Positions 9,189-17,858 of a DNA stretch of 26,310 nt are shown in pieces. Source of the stretch: an uncultured Myxococcales bacterium (GTDB taxonomy: Bacteria > Myxococcota > UBA4151). Numbering within the stretch: position 1 is the stretch's first letter; every line of letters begins with the position of its first letter. The stretch lies in the NCBI GenBank assembly GCA_964013405.1, contig CAXGWI010000034.1:1-26310 (forward strand). The letters run 5' to 3'. Below the pieces are notes generated by a model. That model did not search any database. It was not told the origin of the DNA and saw only the letters and a list, made by a program, of their open reading frames with translations. The position numbers and the translations under genes are program-made.

Positions 9189-9770
9189 ATGTTGACCAGT
9201 CTAATGATGGTGGTACTTGCAGCGCCGCCTCCAGCGCTGCCCCTAACGACCGATGACCGGCTGCGACTTGAGCGCGGTGAGGTGGTGGTTCGCAGTTGGA
9301 AGTCGAAGCGGGGTTTCCCCCGAGGGCTGGCTCGGGTGCTCATCGAGGCACCGCCCGAGCGGGTCTTTCGTATCATCGATAACTGCAATCGATATCGCTA
9401 CAATATGAAGTTGGTCAGCCACAGTAAGCAGCTGAGTCGGAAGGGCCCCGTCGTGGTCTGCGAGGTGGTTGTGGACTTACCATTTCCCTTTGGCAGTCTT
9501 CGCTCGGTCACCAAAGGGATACATCAAGTGGGTCCTCCCATGTGGGGGCGCAAGTGGAGCTTGGTGTCCGGGGACTATCAGGTGAACCAAGGTGCCTGGG
9601 AGCTCACCCGTTACCGGGGCGATATCAAACGAACGCTGGTGACTTATCGGACCCACATCGAGCCGGACATGAGCTTGCCGGACTTCGTCGTGGCCGGTAG
9701 CCAAAAGCGGAGTCTTCCGATGATGTTAAAAGGGCTCAGGGATCTCGTCGTTCGGAATCGAAAGCCGTAA
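9189..9770 (+). CDS. SRPBCC/START (polyketide cyclase-like) family protein with a probable signal peptide
   Basis: IEAPPERVFRII, VDLPFPF, WSLVSGD...NQGAWEL and TLVTY..HIEP patterns; hydrophobic N-terminus. Confidence 0.78.
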   Translation: MLTSLMMVVLAAPPPALPLTTDDRLRLERGEVVVRSWKSKRGFPRGLARVLIEAPPERVFRIIDNCNRYRYNMKLVSHSKQLSRKGPVVVCEVVVDLPFPFGSLRSVTKGIHQVGPPMWGRKWSLVSGDYQVNQGAWELTRYRGDIKRTLVTYRTHIEPDMSLPDFVVAGSQKRSLPMMLKGLRDLVVRNRKP

Positions 9771-10708
9771 TGAAGCCTCCCGCTGCCAGGCTTTCACTCC
9801 ACCAGCGAGCCGATTTAGAGGCGATGCGGGAGGGGCGTTGCCCTCTGGGTGATGAGGCGATGTTTCGACTCGCCGTCGATCATGGGGTCGCTGCGGCATT
9901 GGCCGCTTGGGCCATTGAGAGAGGGGACCCGGTCCCTCCGCTTTGGCGAGACCGCTTGCGTCAGGTTCGTGCTCAGCAACTACGCCACAAATCGGCATTG
10001 GATGACCTGCTCAATCGGCTTCAGCTTTCCGGTACGCAGTGGATGGTCGCTCGGGGGTGGGCCCGAACCGTGGATCCCATTCTACCCGTTCGACCCATGG
10101 GTGACGTCGACCTCTATACGAGCCACGATCAACTCTCCAAGCTGTCCGAAGCGCTCATGCCGCGATGGCAATGGAAGTATAATCTATATGACCCATGGAC
10201 GACGACTCGAGTGTTTGTGGACCAAGAAGGCGATGGGCCGGCAGTGGACATTCACTTCGACTTTAGTTTCTTTGGTCAGCGTTGTCCTGGCGCCATGGAG
10301 CGGGCATTGGAGAGGCGCCGTCGGGTTGAGGGGCTCTGGCTGCCGGATCTAGAGACAGATTGGATCATTGCGCTCATCGAGTCCTTGCAGAGCCTGCGTC
10401 AGCGCAGTCTCCGTCGGCAGTGGGAACTCGAAGGACTTGGGCACCGACTTGCTCCTCGGGAGCGCCGTAATATTCTGATGCGCTTTGGCCTTTCTTCTGA
10501 ACTGCTGTACCAGCTCGAAAAGCGACTTTATCGTGTCGTCCCCCAAGCGGAACTGCGCAACGATCGGCTTGAGCAGGGATATGCCGGTGCTGCCGCGAGT
10601 TGGTTGAAGGCCTCAGATTCTCGTTTTGCAACTGCTGCGTGGTTGCTGCGGCCGCTAAGCAAAGCATTGTGGGTGCGTTGCGTTGGTGGTGGGCCAAAGG
10701 CTCTTTAG
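9770..10708 (+). CDS. Nucleotidyltransferase family protein (NTP_transf_5-like)
   Basis: HGV near the N-terminus, hhRG...RPMGDVDL (DxD) and VDIH motifs. TAATG stop/start overlap with the upstream gene. Confidence 0.75.
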   Translation: MKPPAARLSLHQRADLEAMREGRCPLGDEAMFRLAVDHGVAAALAAWAIERGDPVPPLWRDRLRQVRAQQLRHKSALDDLLNRLQLSGTQWMVARGWARTVDPILPVRPMGDVDLYTSHDQLSKLSEALMPRWQWKYNLYDPWTTTRVFVDQEGDGPAVDIHFDFSFFGQRCPGAMERALERRRRVEGLWLPDLETDWIIALIESLQSLRQRSLRRQWELEGLGHRLAPRERRNILMRFGLSSELLYQLEKRLYRVVPQAELRNDRLEQGYAGAAASWLKASDSRFATAAWLLRPLSKALWVRCVGGGPKAL

Positions 10709-10714
10709 CTCTTC

Positions 10715-10743
10715 TTGACATGGCCGCCGAGCTTGCCTAGTGC
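10715..10743 (+). promoter_or_regulatory. Putative sigma70-type promoter for tRNA-Asn
   Basis: Perfect TTGACA (10715-10720), 17-bp spacer, weak -10 TAGTGC, 12 nt before the tRNA. Confidence 0.5.
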
Positions 10744-10755
10744 CGCTCAAGCTGG

Positions 10756-10832
10756 TGCCCAGTAGCTCAGCTGGTTAGAGCGGGTGACTGTTAATCACTA
10801 GGTCCGGGGTTCGAGTCCCTGCTGGGCAGCCA
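10756..10832 (+). tRNA. tRNA-Asn (GTT)
   Basis: Acceptor stem TGCCCAG/CTGGGCA, D arm GCTC/GAGC, anticodon arm GGTGA-CTGTTAA-TCACT, T loop TTCGAGT, discriminator G and encoded CCA. Confidence 0.97.
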
Positions 10833-10844
10833 AAAACGACACGG

Positions 10845-10875
10845 GCGGCACCCCTATGGGTGTCGTTCTTTGTTC
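10845..10875 (+). terminator. Putative intrinsic terminator after tRNA-Asn
   Basis: GCGGCACCC-CTAT-GGGTGTCGT hairpin with two G-U pairs, followed by TCTTTGTT. Confidence 0.55.
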
Positions 10876-10917
10876 TTGGAAGTTGGTCATGAGCGATCCG
10901 TGCCGCTTTCATTGAGC

Positions 10918-10956
10918 ATCACGAGGTTCGGTTCGAGTCCTTGCTGGACAGCCAAA
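10918..10956 (+). repeat. Degenerate direct repeat of the tRNA-Asn 3' half (att-like fragment)
   Basis: ATCACGAGGTTCG--GTTCGAGTCCTTGCTGGACAGCCAAA aligns to 10794-10834 ATCACTAGGTCCGGGGTTCGAGTCCCTGCTGGGCAGCCAAA with 35 of 41 identities, 4 mismatches and a 2-nt gap. Confidence 0.88.
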
Positions 10957-11114
10957 TGAGCGTCTCGCCTTCGGGGGGCTTTGGGTTCAAAGCGGCCCTT
11001 CGAGGGGCGTGTAGACGCCGGGCGAAAGATCCAGCGACTCCGCGTCGAGCGGGACGCAAAGGCGCTACCCCGCCGTCAGGAAACCTGATATACTTTGGTC
11101 TCTCGGAGTGACTG

Positions 11115-13883
11115 GTGAAACACTGGGTCTTTTGCTTCAACCTGGCCTTGATCGCCTGCGGTGACGCACGGCTAGGCACCCCTTCAGACAGGGGCGATGG
11201 GCGTCAACCCGGCGCGCTCGATGGTGGTGAACCCGGCTTGGAGATCGATGCCGGTGTCTCCACTCGACCCGACGCCTCGTCTCGCTCCGATAGCGGAGCG
11301 CCCAGCCCGGGAAGCGATGCCGGCGCCGAGACTCAGCCCGACGCCGGCGCCGTCTGTGGCAATGGCCTGGTCGAAGCCGCCGAGGCCTGTGACGACGGCA
11401 ATGCCGAGGACCAGGACGCCTGCCTCAACAATTGTCAGAGCGCGGCCTGCGGCGATGGCGTTCAGCGCGTCGATCTAGAAGATGGCGAGGAGGGTTTTGA
11501 GGCCTGCGACGATGGCAATGCCGAGGACCAGGACGCCTGCCTCAACAATTGCCAGGGCGCGGTCTGCGGCGATGGCGTTCAGCGCGTCGACCTGGAAGAT
11601 GGCGAGGAGGGTTTTGAGGCCTGCGACGATGGTAATGAGCAGCAAACCGACGCTTGTTTGAACGATTGCACCGAGGCCTTTTGCGGTGATGGCTACGTTG
11701 GGCCGGGCGAGGGCTGTGACGACGGCAACGAGGAACCGACCGACACCTGCGTTGATTGTGTTCCGGCGAGTTGTGGTGACGGGCACGTTCAAGAGGGCGA
11801 AGCCTGCGATGACGGTAACGAGGTGCAGACCGATGCCTGCCTCAACAACTGCAGCGATGCGCGTTGCGGCGACGGCCATCACTACGAAGGCGTCGAAGCC
11901 TGCGACGACGGCAACGAGGTGGAAACGGACGCCTGCCTTAGCGATTGCACCGAGGCGGTCTGCGGCGACGGTCATCATCACGAAGGGGTTGAGGCCTGCG
12001 ATGACGGTAATGAGGTGGAAACGGACGCCTGCCTCAGCGATTGCACGCAGGCCCGCTGCGGCGACGGTCATCAACACGAAGGGGTTGAGGCCTGTGATGA
12101 CGGCAATGAGGTGGAAACGGACGCCTGTCTTAGCGATTGCACACAGGCCCGTTGTGGCGATGGTCATCGCCACGAAGGCGTCGAGGCCTGCGACGACGGC
12201 AATGGGGTGGAAACGGATGCCTGCCTCAACAACTGCAGCGAAGCGCGCTGCGGCGATGGTCAGGTCCACGTGGGCCACGAAGCCTGTGATGACGGCAATG
12301 AGGTGGAAACGGACGCTTGCCTTAGCGATTGCACCGAGGCTTCCTGCGGTGACGGTTTCCTTCATCAGGGGGTCGAAGCCTGCGATGACGGCAATGAAGA
12401 GCAGACGGATGCCTGCCTCAACGATTGTACGGCGGCGCGCTGCGGCGATGGTCATGTCCAAGCCGGCGAGGAGGTCTGCGATGACGGCAATGAACTGCAG
12501 ACAGATGCCTGTCTCAACGATTGTACGGCGGCGCGCTGCGGCGATGGCCACGTGCAAGCCGGCGAGGAGGCCTGCGACGACGGCAATGAGCTGCAAACAG
12601 ATGCTTGCCTCAACGATTGTAGGGCAGCGCGCTGCGGCGATGGCCACGTGCAAGCCGGCGAGGAGGCCTGCGACGATGCCAACGAAGTCCAGACCGATGA
12701 CTGCCTCAACAACTGCGCCGCCGCACGCTGCGGTGACGGGCACGTCCGAGCCCTGGTTGAGACTTGCGATGACGGAAACCAGGTCGATGACGACGGTTGC
12801 GCCGCCGATTGCGGCGTGCTTCCGCCGCAACCCCCGGCCATAGGCGGCGATGCGAACTGCCTTCTGCGCTCAGGGATTCCCTATTGCATGGGTCATGGCA
12901 GGTACGGCGAGATCGGCAATGGACAGCGAGACTTCCAAAACCGCCCCACCCAGGTGAGTAACCTCACCCGGATTACGCAAATCGCAGGATCCAATCCCTC
13001 CTTTTGTGCGCGGCGCAGCGACGGTACCGTCTGGTGTTGGGGACGAGGCTATTGGGGTGAACTCGGCAATGGAACGCGCAGGCGCATCTATGACACACCG
13101 GTTCAGGTCTCGGGCTTGACCGACGTGGTGCAGATCGCGGGGGGCTACGGCCACTTTTGCGCCGTCAAATCCAACGCTTTTGCCTATTGCTGGGGCTACA
13201 ACCGATATGGTCAATGCGGTGATGGATCCGATGGTGCGAGCAAGACGCGACCCGTCTATGTTCAGCGTTCAGGTGAGACGGTCCAGATCGAGTTGGGGGG
13301 GAACCACAGTTGCCTGCGCAAGGCCGATGGCACGACCTGGTGCTGGGGTAGGGGCACCTCTGGCGAGATTGGCAACGGTCAAAACCGGGAAAACAACGTC
13401 CTGCCGCGCCGGGTCTCGAACGATTCAGGGTTCATCGACCTTGCGCTTGGAAACAACCATAGCTGTTCCCGCCGAGGTGACGGCAGCGTTTGGTGTTGGG
13501 GGCGTAACAACCTTGGTCAGCTGGGGGATGGCAGCACCACCGATCGAAACATCCCGGTGCGCATGCTGGAGATCGACGATGCGATCGACCTTGCAGCCGG
13601 GATGTACACAACCTGCATTCTACGCCCTAACGGCAGCATGTGGTGCGTGGGCGACAACAGCCAGGGCCAGATCGGTGATGGCACCAGGGACACCCGCCTT
13701 CGCCCTGTTCGGGTACTTGGCCTAAGCTCTGTTTTGTATATGGCCAGCGGGTTCGGCTATTCTAATTTTGCGGTCACCAACGACTTTGAAACCTTCGCCT
13801 GGGGAGGCAATGGCTACAGTCGACTCGGTCTGGGCCCCATCCGCGACAACCAACTCGTTCCGGTGCGCATCGAGGGGTTCTAG
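11115..13883 (+). CDS. Lipoprotein with 15 myxobacterial Cys-rich repeats and a C-terminal RCC1/BLIP-II-like beta-propeller
   Basis: GTG start with GGAG RBS, LIAC lipobox, D-A/S-G-rich linker, 15 CG(D/N)G..CDD(G/A)N..C..C units, then repeated [21 protein letters not shown] RCC1 blades. Confidence 0.94.
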   Translation: MKHWVFCFNLALIACGDARLGTPSDRGDGRQPGALDGGEPGLEIDAGVSTRPDASSRSDSGAPSPGSDAGAETQPDAGAVCGNGLVEAAEACDDGNAEDQDACLNNCQSAACGDGVQRVDLEDGEEGFEACDDGNAEDQDACLNNCQGAVCGDGVQRVDLEDGEEGFEACDDGNEQQTDACLNDCTEAFCGDGYVGPGEGCDDGNEEPTDTCVDCVPASCGDGHVQEGEACDDGNEVQTDACLNNCSDARCGDGHHYEGVEACDDGNEVETDACLSDCTEAVCGDGHHHEGVEACDDGNEVETDACLSDCTQARCGDGHQHEGVEACDDGNEVETDACLSDCTQARCGDGHRHEGVEACDDGNGVETDACLNNCSEARCGDGQVHVGHEACDDGNEVETDACLSDCTEASCGDGFLHQGVEACDDGNEEQTDACLNDCTAARCGDGHVQAGEEVCDDGNELQTDACLNDCTAARCGDGHVQAGEEACDDGNELQTDACLNDCRAARCGDGHVQAGEEACDDANEVQTDDCLNNCAAARCGDGHVRALVETCDDGNQVDDDGCAADCGVLPPQPPAIGGDANCLLRSGIPYCMGHGRYGEIGNGQRDFQNRPTQVSNLTRITQIAGSNPSFCARRSDGTVWCWGRGYWGELGNGTRRRIYDTPVQVSGLTDVVQIAGGYGHFCAVKSNAFAYCWGYNRYGQCGDGSDGASKTRPVYVQRSGETVQIELGGNHSCLRKADGTTWCWGRGTSGEIGNGQNRENNVLPRRVSNDSGFIDLALGNNHSCSRRGDGSVWCWGRNNLGQLGDGSTTDRNIPVRMLEIDDAIDLAAGMYTTCILRPNGSMWCVGDNSQGQIGDGTRDTRLRPVRVLGLSSVLYMASGFGYSNFAVTNDFETFAWGGNGYSRLGLGPIRDNQLVPVRIEGF
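11355..12812 (+). repeat. Intragenic tandem array of 15 Cys-rich repeats, mostly 96-bp units with two 117-bp units
   Basis: Near-identical DNA units, e.g. GCCTGCGACGACGGCAA(C/T)GAGGTGGAAACGGACGCCTG-like text recurring every 96 bp. Confidence 0.95.
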
Positions 13884-14000
13884 GTCCGCGCCAACTCTCG
13901 ACCCTCTCTACTTTAGCCTACAGGCCCCAGGTCTAGCGTTTCAAACATGGTCTCGCTAGAGTCACGAACGGACCCAGCCCCGCAGCTCCTGGGGAGACAG

Positions 14001-14639
14001 ATGACGAACACAAGCCCGAAGACCTCCATCCCATCGATTCGTCATCGTCGCTTTGCGGTGGCCGTTATCGCCTGGCTTGGACTTGGCTGCGCACACCAAC
14101 CGACTACCGCCGTGCAATGGCCCCCACAAGAGACAGAAACCTCGAACCCGCAAAGCCCGTGGACACTCCACGGCACAGGTGTGGGTGAGTTAATACCCGG
14201 GGCGCCGATCCCCGAGTCGGTCTATGTCCGGGAAGGAAAGACCTTTGCTGAGCTTTGGACCGACCCCATTCACGGGCTGGATCAAATGGAAGAAGCCATC
14301 CAGGGGTTTAGAGATCAAGAGGGTTACCCACTGGTCGCGTTCTCAAAGTTGGATGTGGTCGCAAGACTGACCCATAACCGCACCCTTCTTGGGATCTGGG
14401 TCGGCCCAACCGTGCGCACGGAACAAGGCACGGGCGAGGGCAGCACACGGGCCGAGCTTGAAGCCGCGCACGGCGCGCTCACGCAAAACAACATCCCGGA
14501 ACCGTACCACTGCGTTGTCGGGACCTCAGATCTAAAACACGTGGCCTTCTTGTTCAAAGCGCACTGCAAGGACGTGCAGGACAACACGCCGTGCGCTGCG
14601 GTCTATGTGGGCGGTTACAGCGACCCCGAGATGGAATAG
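14001..14639 (+). CDS. Hypothetical lipoprotein
   Basis: ATG at 14001 after GGGGAG; basic N-region, hydrophobic stretch and LGLGC lipobox; GVG...RTEQGTGEGSTRAELEAAHG segment. Confidence 0.75.
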   Translation: MTNTSPKTSIPSIRHRRFAVAVIAWLGLGCAHQPTTAVQWPPQETETSNPQSPWTLHGTGVGELIPGAPIPESVYVREGKTFAELWTDPIHGLDQMEEAIQGFRDQEGYPLVAFSKLDVVARLTHNRTLLGIWVGPTVRTEQGTGEGSTRAELEAAHGALTQNNIPEPYHCVVGTSDLKHVAFLFKAHCKDVQDNTPCAAVYVGGYSDPEME

Positions 14640-14674
14640 ATCCACAAGACGATGGATTAGGTCTGAGGAGGCCG

Positions 14675-15373
14675 TTGACGAGAGTGGTCGAAGCATTGGG
14701 TTCTGAACCACCGCGCAAAAGAAAGTCGTGGCCTCGGCGCTTGATGCTGACCGCCACGGTCTTCGTTGGCCTGTTCGTGGTGTGGCGCTTGTTGTTCGCA
14801 CGGGCCCAAGCTGCTTGCCAGCAAGTGTCGGATCAGTGCGCCGATGCCGGCTTTGGCTGGGAAGTCCTTGCTGCGGTTTCCTTGCTCTTGGCGTTGCTGT
14901 CTATCTGCACAGCTTTGATCGCTTGGGTGTGGCGCCTTTTGGCTCGTGTTGGTCGTTGGGCGCAGTTGCTCTTTGCCCTGGGTACCCTCGTCTTTTTTGG
15001 CATGGCCTACGCCAATTTTATCACCTTCGGTTTGCGTGCAAAGACCGGTGAAGCTTGGGGGAATTTGAACAAGTTGAGAAAGGCTCAGGCCTCTTACCAC
15101 GCCAAGCATGGCGTCTATCGAGAGGCGAAGCGATCGCCGCAGCCAGATGGAGACGGAGCTTTCATCTGGCCGAGCAAATTTCCTAAAGACTCGCCTTGGG
15201 CCGCCCTTGGTTGGCACTTGGCCGGCGTGCGAAGTTGGTGTCAGTACGAAGTTGAAGTTTACGAAGATGACTTCATGGCTCGGGGTTTTTGTGACGTTGA
15301 TAAGGATGGTGACTGGGCTATTTTTGAGGCCAGCAAAGACAAGCCACCTCGGCGCATGACACCGCACCACTAA
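14675..15373 (+). CDS. Multi-pass membrane protein with a type IV pilin-like C-terminal domain
   Basis: TTG at 14675 after GAGGAGG; three hydrophobic segments; ANFITFGLRAKTGEAWGNLNKLRKAQASYHAKHGVY resembles the pilin alpha1-C helix; LGW..CQY..FMARGFCDVDKDGD resembles deltaproteobacterial pilin C-termini. Confidence 0.7.
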   Translation: MTRVVEALGSEPPRKRKSWPRRLMLTATVFVGLFVVWRLLFARAQAACQQVSDQCADAGFGWEVLAAVSLLLALLSICTALIAWVWRLLARVGRWAQLLFALGTLVFFGMAYANFITFGLRAKTGEAWGNLNKLRKAQASYHAKHGVYREAKRSPQPDGDGAFIWPSKFPKDSPWAALGWHLAGVRSWCQYEVEVYEDDFMARGFCDVDKDGDWAIFEASKDKPPRRMTPHH

Positions 15374-15388
15374 CCATACTTCCGCCGA

Positions 15389-17608
15389 TCAGCCGCCTCG
15401 ACCGATCATGATGGTGGCACCACCGCTTGCCTGGGCAAGCCTTAACGAGACTGAGCTAAACAGCCGGCGGCGCCGGGCCGGGCGTTGCAGACCGAGGATC
15501 AAAAGGTCACTGTCGCGGGCCCGTTCTTCGATCGAAGTGGTCACATCATCGCTCAAAATCACCTCGCACGAGCCGATGCCCGGGGCCTTGTCATCGGCGA
15601 GGTATTTCAGTTCCCGCTCGGCCTGGGTCACGTCATCGCTGTCGGCCTCTGTCGGGAGGATCCGAAGGAAGGTGATCTTAAGATCAAGGAGCCTGGAAAG
15701 ACTCCCGAGGAGCCTGGCCCTCAGTTTGTCGTGCTCACCGCGACCGCCGATGGGCACGAGCACTGAATGCACGGAGTCGAGCCGCCAACCGGGGGGCGCT
15801 GCCAGGACCGACACGTCGCAATCGACGGCACTAAAGAGCCGCTCGAAGGGCTTGAGATTCTCCGTCGTCGTGCGGGGGTTTAAGCCCAGCAATAGACTTT
15901 CGCAGCGATGGCTTGCTGCGACCCGACCGATTTCGTCCAAGGGGTCCGATGCCATTGTGAGGAGGAACTCAGGCATCATCCCGCTGGCTATCGAACTGCT
16001 GAGCGCTTGCCCCACGACCGCAGAAGCCGCTTGGGCCACGGCTTCCTGATCCCCCTGCTTTACTTCTGCGGGACGGTCGACCACGGAGAGGATCAGGACT
16101 CGGCCCACATTGGGGACGACGAGGGCGTTGGCCATACCGACCAATCCAGGGGCATTGGCCGGATTGACCACCGGCACCAGGACCAGGGGATTGCGGCCGC
16201 GCAGACGCACCAAATCCGGATCTCGGGCCTCGATGCGGGCATCGACCACCTCGGCCCGGGTGGACAGTTGGGTGAAGTAGAGCAATGCGCCCACCCCAAG
16301 GCCTGCCACGGTCACGATGCCGGCCGCCGGTACCACAATGACTTGAAATAGGGCGAGGGCCGTACAGGCGAGGCCGCCGACCACCGGCACCAAGGGGAAC
16401 AGCGGTGTGCGAAAGCCTGGCTCACTCGAACCGCCCCGGCGTCGGGCCAAAATCGCGGTGACATGGGCGATGGCAAAGGAGACGAGAAAGATTAGGCTGG
16501 CTGCAGCGCCGGCTGAGGAGACATCAGGGACCGCAAAGAGCATCACGAGGGCCGCACCGGTGGTGGCGTACAGCGATGCGGTCGGGGTGCCTCGCTCAGG
16601 GTGGAGTTTGCCCAGTTGGTAGGGAAGTGTGCGATCTTGCGCCATGGCGAGGGCGATTCGAGAGGCGGCCATCAGGCAGGCGTGCAAGGCGGAGAGGGTG
16701 GCGAAGATCGCCGAGATCACCACGAGCCAGTAACCGGTGGGGCCCATGTAGTTCTTTGCCGCTAAGGCGATCATCGTCTCGGGATGGGCTCGGCTCAGCG
16801 ACTCGATGGACTCCCCCGCGGGGACGCCGACCGTGGCCACGATGAAGAGCAGGGGAAGATACACCGCCATCGCCACGCCGAGGGAGATCATCATCGCCCG
16901 TGGAATGGTCCGCCGTGGATCTTTTACCTCACCACCGACCGTTGCGATAAGATCGAAGCCCTGGACGGCGATGAAGGTGAAACCCATGGCCATGAGGAGC
17001 CCAGAAACCCCCGAAGGGAGTGGGGGCTGGAGGGAGGCGACCACCTCCTGGGTTGGTGTCCGGGCTAAAGCCACCAAGCCCGCGATCACGAGCACGATGA
17101 AGACGAGGACTTTGCCCCAGGTTTCCACCGCACCGCCCCCTGCGCTCTTACGGATCAGCGCAAAGGCGTAGCCGCAGGTTGCTAAGGTTGCGAGCCCCAG
17201 GCTCAAGGCTCGATGGGACAGCCAGGCGGGAGGCGCGTCTGCAGCCCAAATCGGCAAGGTCTTCAATAAAAGGACCGCGTAAGAGGCAAAGCCCAGGGCA
17301 TAAAGGACGGCGCCGACGATATAGGCCAGCCAGAGAATCCAGCCGATGGCAAAAGCGAGCCGGATCGACAGCACTCGCTTGCCAAAGGTGTAGGCGCCAC
17401 CGGACTCTGGGAAGGCAGTGGCCATCTCGGCAAAGCTGAGAAGGGTCAAGGTTGCGATCAGGCCGTTGAGTGCGAATGCGCCGATGGCCGCGGGACCCGC
17501 AGCGGAAAAGGCCACGCCGGCGAGCACGAAGATACCGCCGCCGACGATTGCGCCAATCCCCACACGGCTCGCGCCGATCAACCCAAGGTTTCGCTGACCT
17601 GTGCCCAT
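15389..17608 (-). CDS. APC-family amino acid permease with C-terminal universal stress protein (USP)-like domains
   Basis: GIGAIVGGGIF, FAEMATAFPESGGAY, GGEVKDPRRTIPRA and SRIALAMAQD motifs; about 12 hydrophobic segments; C-terminal VLVPV / VLVPIGG / DLLILG USP-type motifs. Start at ATG 17608 (alternatively 17623). Confidence 0.92.
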   Translation of the reverse strand: MGTGQRNLGLIGASRVGIGAIVGGGIFVLAGVAFSAAGPAAIGAFALNGLIATLTLLSFAEMATAFPESGGAYTFGKRVLSIRLAFAIGWILWLAYIVGAVLYALGFASYAVLLLKTLPIWAADAPPAWLSHRALSLGLATLATCGYAFALIRKSAGGGAVETWGKVLVFIVLVIAGLVALARTPTQEVVASLQPPLPSGVSGLLMAMGFTFIAVQGFDLIATVGGEVKDPRRTIPRAMMISLGVAMAVYLPLLFIVATVGVPAGESIESLSRAHPETMIALAAKNYMGPTGYWLVVISAIFATLSALHACLMAASRIALAMAQDRTLPYQLGKLHPERGTPTASLYATTGAALVMLFAVPDVSSAGAAASLIFLVSFAIAHVTAILARRRGGSSEPGFRTPLFPLVPVVGGLACTALALFQVIVVPAAGIVTVAGLGVGALLYFTQLSTRAEVVDARIEARDPDLVRLRGRNPLVLVPVVNPANAPGLVGMANALVVPNVGRVLILSVVDRPAEVKQGDQEAVAQAASAVVGQALSSSIASGMMPEFLLTMASDPLDEIGRVAASHRCESLLLGLNPRTTTENLKPFERLFSAVDCDVSVLAAPPGWRLDSVHSVLVPIGGRGEHDKLRARLLGSLSRLLDLKITFLRILPTEADSDDVTQAERELKYLADDKAPGIGSCEVILSDDVTTSIEERARDSDLLILGLQRPARRRRLFSSVSLRLAQASGGATIMIGRGG

Positions 17609-17660
17609 TTCATCTCGCGACAACGGAGTCGAATATCTTCCGTGCCAGGCTGCGGTGTCA

Positions 17661-17681
17661 TTGACTCGGGTTCCGGGTCAA
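17661..17681. promoter_or_regulatory. Inverted repeat in the divergent intergenic region (possible operator or hairpin)
   Basis: TTGACTCGG-GTT-CCGGGTCAA, i.e. TTGAC-N11-GTCAA. Confidence 0.4.
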
Positions 17682-17858
17682 CTGAACTCCGGTGACCATG
17701 GGCTGACTTGAGTTCATGGCTGGTCTTTCACTCAGGAGGATCATCGCTTCGAGGCCTCTTCACGGTGACCTGCCGCCGACCGGAAGGTGCTGGTCGTTCA
17801 CTGGGCAAAACAGCCGGTGGTGACAAGAGTTCATGGGATGGGCTAATTGGGGCTCGTG

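Noticed and set aside
9174..9189. TGGCACG sigma54-like elements on the minus strand here and near 17641-17647
   Set aside because: The -12 GC is absent or not at GG-N10-GC spacing
11020..11085. GGGACGCAAAG, resembling the c-di-GMP-I riboswitch core, upstream of the RCC1 lipoprotein
   Set aside because: I could not find the GGCAAAC strand with a GNRA-capped P2 or the tetraloop receptor in P3; an Rfam RF01051 scan would settle it
11355..12812. Regularly spaced DNA repeats considered as a CRISPR array
   Set aside because: Units are in-frame coding repeats with synonymous variation, no unique spacers and no cas genes
11475..12843. Long ORFs 11475-12830(-) and 11686-12843(+) that look like repetitive membrane proteins
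   Set aside because: Shadow frames of the 96-bp coding repeat
10756..15373. Intact prophage or ICE at tRNA-Asn
   Set aside because: No integrase, phage or conjugation genes, and I saw no further att copy in the window
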